The notes below the pieces were generated by a model. That model was not told the DNA's origin. It made no database searches and worked only from the letters and a program-made list of their open reading frames with translations. Positions 56,215-64,000 of a stretch of 64,000 nt of DNA are shown in pieces; within the stretch, counting starts at the first letter, position 1; each line of letters opens with the position of its first letter. The stretch is from Lingula anatina (Eukaryota; Animalia; Brachiopoda), in the NCBI GenBank assembly GCA_051362555.1, contig CM120641.1, positions 28,464,401-28,528,400 of the forward strand, in the 5' to 3' direction. A program made the translations under genes and the position numbers.

Positions 56215-58546
56215 TTTTAACTCTGTATTCTCAACTGTATTCTCAACTCAGATTCTTCTGTGATCAAGAGGAAATGCAAGATCTTTTACTAGGGGACCCT
56301 GAATTTGAAAATCAAAATATTATGACGAATAAGACATGGAGGCTAGAGAAACTGATATAATATAATATTGTTGACCACGATATAAAGCTGCCTCATGCAT
56401 ATTAAACTATGACATCTACCTGTAAACGCAGACTTATCAAACCTTGCAAGTTCATCTTTTTTTCTGGAGAATGGTACATTCAAGTGACATGACGTTTATT
56501 ATGAAACAATTGAGGATATTACTTACTTAAGCCATATTTTATGGTGCTTGAAACTGTGGGCATTTTTTGTCACTTGATTTTAGAGAGATTTTGATAGATA
56601 TCATGTAGTCAGATTAGGTACAACTCTGTTAAAGAACTTGTGAATCACTAATTGTATGAAAATAATCAAAATTGGGGTTTGAATAATGCTTCAATAATTG
56701 TCTTAATCATTTTGACTTGAGCCTATTTTATCTGTGAATATCAAATTTTAATATTTTTAATAACATTTTATCAGTGTATTTCAGATATGCTTTATGAAAA
56801 AGTTTTAAATTGACAGGAGTATTTTTATAATAAGTCAGTTTTAGGAATCAAATTGATTCTATACTAGTGAAAATGTAAAATTCCAGAGTATATTTTTAAC
56901 CAATGTTTTCTGTAATGTATCATACAGTGTGACTGTGTTTGTTCTCACCCTATGGGGAGGCAGAGCCTTCAAACTAACTATTCCTTGCACTTGCTTTACT
57001 AAATGTTTGAAGCTGGTTTGTAGTCTAAAATCTGAGCCTATAAAGACTTAGCTGGCTAAGTTGCACTTCACAGTTGTAAGAATCTTGCAGATAGCCTAGG
57101 CCAGAAATAACTGATAAGTTGCAATGACTCACTGTAAAAAAGGTTGGTAGATTGCATGAATCTATTTGTGGTCTAAATTTTGTCTTTTATGCATATGTTT
57201 AATGAGAATAGCATCCAAAGGTTAAGGTTGGGCTTTCACTACACCAATCCCCTATTCCCCAAGAAAAGGTGCAAGAAAAGTTCTGATTTAATCAAAACTA
57301 GAGTATTGTTCGCTCATTAACCAAGTTATCAATTTTGCCTCATTTTTTCCAGTCTTTTTACTTTCTTTTCACTTTCCTTTGATTTACATTTTGATTGTCT
57401 TGGCAAGTCTTTTACTTGCAGTGGTGTCAGTAGCCCATTTATGTATATTCTACTCATCAACTGTGGACCAATCATTCTTAAAAAATTGTAGTTGTAAGAC
57501 AATATCGCAAAGTTGACTTTGTATAGTTGGCTATCCAGATTTAGCAGTCTAAGCTTAATTTTTTTGTGAAACGGTTCCCTTTTTTCAATGAGCCAGTATA
57601 CAGTACCTAATCAGTATTGAATTTACATATTTTATCTTTATCAGCACAATAAGAATCTTGCCATCTACTTTGAATTTTCATTGTTATTAACATTTTAGAA
57701 TTGTTATGGAATTAAGCTAATTATGTTATCAGTAAGAACAAGATGTTATTATAATGATACATTTATGTACTGTGTAGATGCCAGTGCACTACTAAATTAT
57801 GAGGAGAAATTTTTAATATTTTTTGGGATGGAGGAAACACAATTAATGAGGTTTTGGGGATTATCTTAATTTTGTGCAAAATTGGGCAACAGACAATGGT
57901 TATTTATGTACTGAAAATATATCAATAAAGCAAAAAAGAATGATAGTGCTCAGCTTTGTGGTGGAACCAAAATTTTAAGAAACAGATTTTGTGGGGTTGC
58001 AAAATATCGTGTGTATCACGTCTATAGACCTAGCAGTATAAAAAGCCTTATAATTCTTGCAAGTGGTTTCTTCTTAGTAATTTGGACATTTAAGGTAAAT
58101 TGAGGACAACACCGCTTCACTAAGAAATGACGTAAAGTCACAAACTACAACGAAGATGGACTGTGAATTATACAAAAGTAATGTCTGATCGGAGAGTGGG
58201 GGTGCATTCGAAACACATGACCTATTGTCACTCTTACGTAGTTTTTTTTAATTACACATACACCATAATAATAACTTTAGCTAGAAGACACATTTTGTAC
58301 GCCTAGTTCTAAGGACATAAGCCTACGGATGTATCCAATATATATTAGATGGGTTGGGGTTTTTTACCCCTCCTAAAATAAATTTTAAAACTCGGTCAGA
58401 ACTTATAATTTGATATTAAATAACTTAATTATAAATTTATAATTGTATATATATGCATTTAAAAAAGTCATCAAATCACGTTCCAAGACCTAAATATTTT
58501 CGTAATGTACGCCTTATGACACTTGATAACGTTCACGTGATTCAGA

Positions 58547-58851
58547 TGAAGACAAAATGTGTCAAAAATATCTGAAATCGATATTGGGAAAGGGTTTAAG
58601 GGAATGATGTAAGGCACATGAGTAAACTGTGGTCACATAAAGAGATAATTCTAGTTTTTTATGTAATTATGCAAACATTTTCCGACTCATGCATGCCTCA
58701 AAGTATGGGAAGTTTAAATATTTTAAATATCGAAGGCTTTAAAAATATCCTATGTGGATAATATTTACACGTTTTTAATACTAACAAAAATTAGACTGCT
58801 TTAAATAGGTATTACGACATGCACGTTTATTTTTGACACATTTTGTCTTCA
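58547..58851. mobile_element. Element bounded by perfect 24-bp inverted repeats (MITE-like)
   Basis: TGAAGACAAAATGTGTCAAAAATA (58547-58570) and its exact reverse complement (58828-58851). Confidence 0.55.
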
Positions 58852-59373
58852 ACTTCGGTTGAATTTTTCACAGTAATGAATGTTTGCTAATTGCTTTCTA
58901 AGAGAATGCAGTTTTTGCCGTTTAAAAAATTTGACTTTTCCCTGTCACCATTTCGTCTAGCTAATCGTGGATGTAACTGAATTATAGATTCTATCAATGG
59001 CTAAAATATTACAAAAAACATCAAACAACTGAAAATAATGACCCGCGACAAAAGACGCCCCGAAAAGTTTCTTTTTTCAATTTTTAAAAACCGGGCGACA
59101 CCTCGAAGGTGGCCGCATTATTGCGTTATTCAAAAAATTCTAGTTATTTTCGGAGACGTTTAAACGTCAGATTTAGTTGCTAGGCTGATGTAAGTAAAGT
59201 TCACTTGGACAAACAATTCTTACGTTTAGTAATATAAAAAAAGATAAATGGGCCTACACATATACTTGCATTATCTTTATAAAAAATCTTTTTCTGTTTC
59301 TGCTCAACTCATAACTCATGTTACTGGTGTGGGAGTACTGATAACCCGACGCCATGAAGGGAGACGTCAGTTG

Positions 59374-59693
59374 TTAATTATTACCTAAATCAGTAGACGT
59401 TTTGAATATAAAAATATACATTCACTCGTTTCTTCTGCCTTGCATTAGTAATATGATCCACTGCTGCTATCTTCCAGGCTATTAATTATTACCTAAATCA
59501 GTAGACGTTTTGAATATAAAAATATACATTCACTCGTTTCCTCTGCCTGGCATTAGTAATATGATCCACTGCTGCTATCTTCCAGGCTATTAATTATTAC
59601 CTAAATCAGTAGACGTTTTGAATATAGACATATACATTCACTCGTTTCTTCTGCCTGGCATAAGTAATATGATCCACTGCTTCTATCTTCCAG
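59374..59693. repeat. 108-bp tandem repeat, 3 copies
   Basis: TTAATTATTACCTAAATCAGTAGACG at 59374, 59482 and 59590. Confidence 0.92.
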
Positions 59694-60252
59694 TTTTGTA
59701 AATCAATATAATTTGTTTTTTCATTTTTCAGAATAACAAGTCAGCTGATTACAAAATGTGTTTCAGAGTACTTGGGTGACTGAACATGCTAAGTCCAGTG
59801 TACTTCCAATTGTCTCTCTACAATTCACTACAATCAGAACAACCATACTCCCTCAGGCTGCCTCAAAAATGCAGTCACCCTACGCCAAATTACATTATCC
59901 ACATTTTGGATCAGTGTTCAAATACACGCACACTAAAGTAGCCTGCGAGAAGTTCACAGCTACCAGCTTAACGGACATCGTACCTATAAAAATTTTAGGG
60001 AGAAGGTATGTTGCTCAGAAATTTTCATCAAATTTGCCTGCACATTTCACAGACATTGCTTAGAACTTATTACTCTTATTATAAACAAACTGACAGGCAG
60101 AATAATCAAAATATAAAATATAAAAGAAAATGTATATGTTGATAAGATATTATTACCAACTTTGCGCATCACTATCAAAGGCCATCCCCTTTGAACAAGT
60201 TGACCATTGGTGACAACAAGAACGCCATCATGTGACTATACGTCAACAAAGG

Positions 60253-60287
60253 TATAAAAGCGCAAAATTTTAAAAGTGCGTTCACTC
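60253..60287 (+). promoter_or_regulatory. TATA box plus initiator
   Basis: TATAAAAG at 60253-60260 and TTCACTC with its A at 60284 (31 nt downstream), followed by a CpG-rich first exon. Confidence 0.6.
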
Positions 60288-60643
60288 AACAGCGGACAGA
60301 TCTAGAGCAACAGGACGGATGCCATGTGCTGCGCCCTGTATCAAGCACAAAGGACACGGGAGTCGACTCCCATTTCTCCGAATCTTCTACTCATCCTACG
60401 TCAACGCATCGCTCTTCGACATATTGTTCCCTGCACACGCAGACGTCTAGACGGTGGATTCGGCGTTTCTCTTAGCTGGCCAGCTAAAATCTTCGCTTCT
60501 CCCCACGAGGAATCGTCGCTCGGTCATCTTCGCAGGATACTTCACCTTTTTGCTGTCGTGGGCTGGAGTCGTAGTGTCATTGCATATTCCCATGCTTTCC
60601 AGGTTTCTTTTTATTACAGGTCCAGGAAGCAGACTGCAAACTG

Positions 60644-62081
60644 GTGGGCGCCACCTGTGGGACTTCGACTACACTCCTTAAGGTATGTAATCTTTTTTTC
60701 TTTTTGGAAGGGAAGTTTGAGAAATGAAAGAAATCTAATCTCGTTTTTATTTTTTGTTTACAGGACATAGAAGATGATGGGCGCCACCTGTGGGACTTCG
60801 ACTACACTCCTTAAGGTATGTAATCTTTTTTTCTTTTTGGAAGGGGAGTTTGAGAAATGAAAGAAATCTAATCTCGTTTTTATTTCTGTTTACAGGACAT
60901 AGAAGATGATGGGCGCCACCTGTGGGACTTCGACTACACTCCTTAAGGTATGTAATCTTTTTTCTTTTTGGAAGGGGAGTTTGAGAAATGAAAGAAATCT
61001 AATCTCGTTTTTATTTCTGTTTACAGGACATAGAAGATGATGGGCGCCACCTGTGGGACTTCGACTACACTCCTTAAGGTATGTAATCTATTTTTCTTTT
61101 TGGAAGGGGAGTTTGAGAAATGAAAGATATCTAATCTCGTTTTTATTTTTTGTTTACAGGACAGAAGATGATGGGTGCCACCTGTGGGACTTCGACTACA
61201 CTCCTTAAGGTATGTAATCTATTTTTCTTTTTGGAAGGGGAGTTTGAGAAATGAAAGATATCTAATCTCGTTTTTATTTTTTGTTTACAGGACATAGAAG
61301 ATGATGGGTGCCACCTGTGGGACTTCGACTACACTCCTTAAGGTATGTAATCTTTTTTTCCTTTTTGGAAGGGAAGTTTGAGAAATGAAAGAAATCTAAT
61401 CTCGTTTTTATTTCTGTTTACAGGACATAGAAGATGATGGGCGCCACCTGTGGGACTTCGACTACACTCCTTAAGGTATGTAATCTTTTTTCTTTTTGGA
61501 AGGGGAGTTTGAGAAATGAAAGAAATCTAATCTTGTTTTTATTTCTGTTTACAGGACATAGAAGATGATGGGCGCCACCTGTGGGACTTCGACTACACTT
61601 CTTAAGGTATGTAATCTTTTTTCTTTTTGGAAGGGGAGTTTGAGAAATGAAAGAAATCTAATCTCGTTTTTAATTCTGTTTACAGGACATAGAAGATGAT
61701 GGGCGCCACCTGTGGGACTTCGACTACACTCCTTAAGGTATGTAATATTTTTTTTCTTTTTGGAAGGGAAGTTTGAGAAATGAAAGAAATCTAATCTCGT
61801 TTTCATTTCTGTTTACAGGACATAGAAGATGATGGGCGCCACCTGTGGGACTTCGACTACACTCCTTAAGGTATGTATTCTTTTTTCTTTTTGGAAGGGG
61901 AGTTTGAGAAATGAAAGAAATCTAATCTCGTTTTTAATTCTGTTTACAGGACATAGAAGATGATGGGCGCCACCTGTGGGACTTCGACTACACTTCTTAA
62001 GGTATGTAATATTTTTTTCTTTTTGGAAGGGAAGTTTGAGAAATGAAAGAAATCTAATCTCGTTTTTATTTCTGTTTACAG
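60644..62081 (+). repeat. ~132-bp tandem repeat, ~11 copies (52-nt exon-like + ~80-nt intron-like)
   Basis: GACATAGAAGATGATGGGCGCCACCTGTGGGACTTCGACTACACTCCTTAAG starts at 60764, 60896, 61027, 61160, 61291, 61424, 61555, 61686, 61819 and 61950. Confidence 0.97.
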
Positions 62082-62142
62082 GACACAACTGCAAGGAGAC
62101 ACCCCACATCTACACTTAAGCTACTTCGACCATCCCTTGGAG

Positions 62143-62465
62143 CCAGCGAGTCCTGCCATGGTCTCTCTACGAGGTGGCTTCACTGGGGAAGCGTCCAGCG
62201 AGTCCTGCCATGGTCTGTCTACGAGGTGGCTGCACTGGGGAAGCGTCCAGCGAGTCCTGCCATGGCCTGTCTACGAGGTGGCTGCACAGGGGAAGCGTCC
62301 AGCAAGTCCTGCCATGGTCTCTCTACGAGGTGGCTTCACTGGGGAAGCGTCCAGCGAGTCCTGCCATGGCCTGTCTACGAGGTGGCGGCACAGGGGAAGC
62401 GTCCAGCGAGTCCTGCCATGGTCTGTCTACGAGGTGGCTGCACTGGGGAAGCGTCCAGCGAGTCT
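62143..62465 (+). repeat. 52-bp GC-rich minisatellite, block 1 (6 full copies + partial)
   Basis: CCAGCGAGTCCTGCCATGGTCTGTCTACGAGGTGGCTGCACTGGGGAAGCGT at 62143, 62195, 62247, 62299, 62351, 62403 and a partial at 62455. Confidence 0.96.
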
Positions 62466-62633
62466 TGTCATATGGTGTTTCAATGAGATGGAAACCACTT
62501 AAAGGTAAGCCTGACTGCAGAGTGCTGACATAGTATGAAAAGTCATTAATTCATTTTTCTTTCTGTTGACAGAACACAACTGCAAGGAGACGTCCCACAT
62601 CTACACTTAAGCTACTTTGACCATTCCTTGGTG

Positions 62634-63012
62634 CCAGCGAGTCCTGCCATGATCTGTCTCTTTGATGTGGCTGCACTGGGGAAGCGTCCAGCGAGTCCTG
62701 TCATGGCCTGTCTACGAGGTGGCTGCATTAAGGAAGCGTCCGGCGAGTCGTGCCATGGTCTATCTGCGAGGTGGCTGCACTGGAGAAGTGTCCAGCGAGT
62801 CCTGCCATGGTCTATCTGCGAGGTGGCTGCACTGGGGAAGCGTCCAGCGAGTCCTGCCATGGTCCGTCTACGAGGTGGCTGCACTGGGGAAGCGTCCAGC
62901 GAGTCCTGCCATGGTCCGTCTACGAGGTGGCTGCACTGGGGAAGCGTCCAGCGAGTCCTGACATGGTCTGTCTACGAGGTGGCTGCACTAGGAAGCGTCC
63001 AGCGAGTCCTGT
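62634..63012 (+). repeat. 52-bp GC-rich minisatellite, block 2 (7 copies + partial)
   Basis: Same unit at 62634, 62688, 62740, 62792, 62844, 62896, 62948 and 62999, with degenerate single copies at ~63086 and ~63670. Confidence 0.95.
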
Positions 63013-64000
63013 CCAACGTTTCATGGCAACTGCAAGGAGAAGAGGGCCACGTGCACATTTCCGATACATCCCTCAATCCTTGGTGCCAGTGAGTCCTGCC
63101 ACGGTCTGTTGAAGAGGCTGCATTGGAGAAGCGTCTGAAGCATATGGTGTTTCACTGAGGCGGAAAAACCTGCAAGGTAACCCGTGTTACTGGCGAGAAC
63201 AATACACTAAAATTAATTTTTCAGCAGCAGTCTGTGCCATAAACTTTTCACCCTACTGGCCATTCAGTCCACCTTCTTTCCTAAAAACTAGATATAGATG
63301 TCTGAATCTTGATTCACTGGTTCGAATACAAAGTTCAATAGGACTAGACTGGATTGCATTAATATTTGTATTAACAAGACCTTGACATTTTTCTCGAATC
63401 GTGATGTAACAGTTACATTTAGAATAAATCAAAAGCTCTTCTTCATACTTATAGAAAAAATCTAACAGCCATGTCACCAAATTGACACATTCTGGAAATC
63501 TACCGATTCCAACAATTTTTCTGGCTGCAGACTGCTTTTGATATACAATTTTTGAAAACTAATCAAATTTTCCTTTCTATTTACAGAACTCAATTAGGGC
63601 AATTCCTGATAAAGTCCCGCTTTTTTGAAAGAGGTGCAAGAAGAGGGTCACATTCAATCCTTGGTGCATGGTTGAGTCCTGCCATGGTCTGTATGTTAGG
63701 GGGCTGCATGGGGGAGCATCAGAAGCATATGGCGTTTCACAGAGATGGAAACCTATCAAGCCTTAAAAGGTACATATCACTCATGTTTTTGGGGGAAAAC
63801 AAAACACTTAAGTGATTTTTCATACCTTGAAAAACTAAAAACCGTTAGCCACATTAATTTGACAGCTCACATTCAGAAGGCAATGTCTTTTACCCATGAC
63901 CCACTCCTAGGATTAAGATATTTATGGTTAGTAGATTGGATTTGGGTGGGAGAAGTTAAGAGGGAAACTTTTGACTTATAATTTTTTATTTTGTAGTTGA

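Larger units (their letters stand above)
60284..64000 (+). ncRNA. Putative multi-exon repeat-built lncRNA or micropeptide gene (first exon ending 60682, ten ~52-nt exons 60764-62001, then 62082-62504, 62573-63176, 63587-63769, next acceptor ~63996)
   Basis: Regular alternation of GC-rich blocks and AT-rich blocks bounded by AG|GTATGT, AG|GTAAGC, AG|GTAACC and AG|GTACAT donors and pyrimidine-tract-CAG acceptors. The 52-nt exon has stops in all three frames. No expression data are available. Confidence 0.55.

Noticed and set aside
60644-62081. CRISPR-like array
   Set aside because: The sequences between the GC-rich blocks are near-identical rather than unique spacers, there are no cas genes, and the context is eukaryotic.
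62143-63012. Self-cleaving ribozyme in the 52-bp repeat (minus strand has CTCGCTGG as in HDV)
   Set aside because: I could not build the HDV nested double pseudoknot, and there is no hammerhead CUGANGA/GAAA core; the shared word is too short.
62137-63112. Overlapping ORF-track proteins in all three frames as real genes
   Set aside because: They follow from a stop-free GC-rich 52-nt unit, have no homology I recognise, and most lack an ATG.
63310-63335. tRNA from a GGTTCGAAT T-loop word
   Set aside because: No cloverleaf stems or A-box around it.

Overview
AT-rich, intron-rich animal genomic DNA (invertebrate; the repeat families look lophotrochozoan/mollusc-like, which is inference). The left 40 kb holds five conserved spliced genes, assembled by hand from GT-AG exons: a Smurf2-like HECT E3 ligase (- strand, 5' part only), RRN3/TIF-IA (-), CENP-M (+, head-to-head with RRN3), PPM1K/PP2Cm (+) and EGLN1/PHD2-like HIF prolyl hydroxylase (+). 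The right 24 kb is accessory. At 40.9-54.2 kb is a Russian-doll nest of non-autonomous Helentron-like (HINE) elements that runs straight into a 5'-truncated, intron-containing MOV10 helicase fragment with a premature stop. At 60.25-64 kb is the most unusual object: an apparent TATA/Inr-driven multi-exon transcription unit in which a whole 52-nt exon plus ~80-nt intron is tandemly amplified 10-11 times. It is followed by larger exons built from a different 52-nt repeat, and both repeats carry CTCF-like motifs in divergent orientation. Family assignments come from recalled homologue sequences and no database search was run. Exon coordinates were counted by eye and may be off by a few nt.
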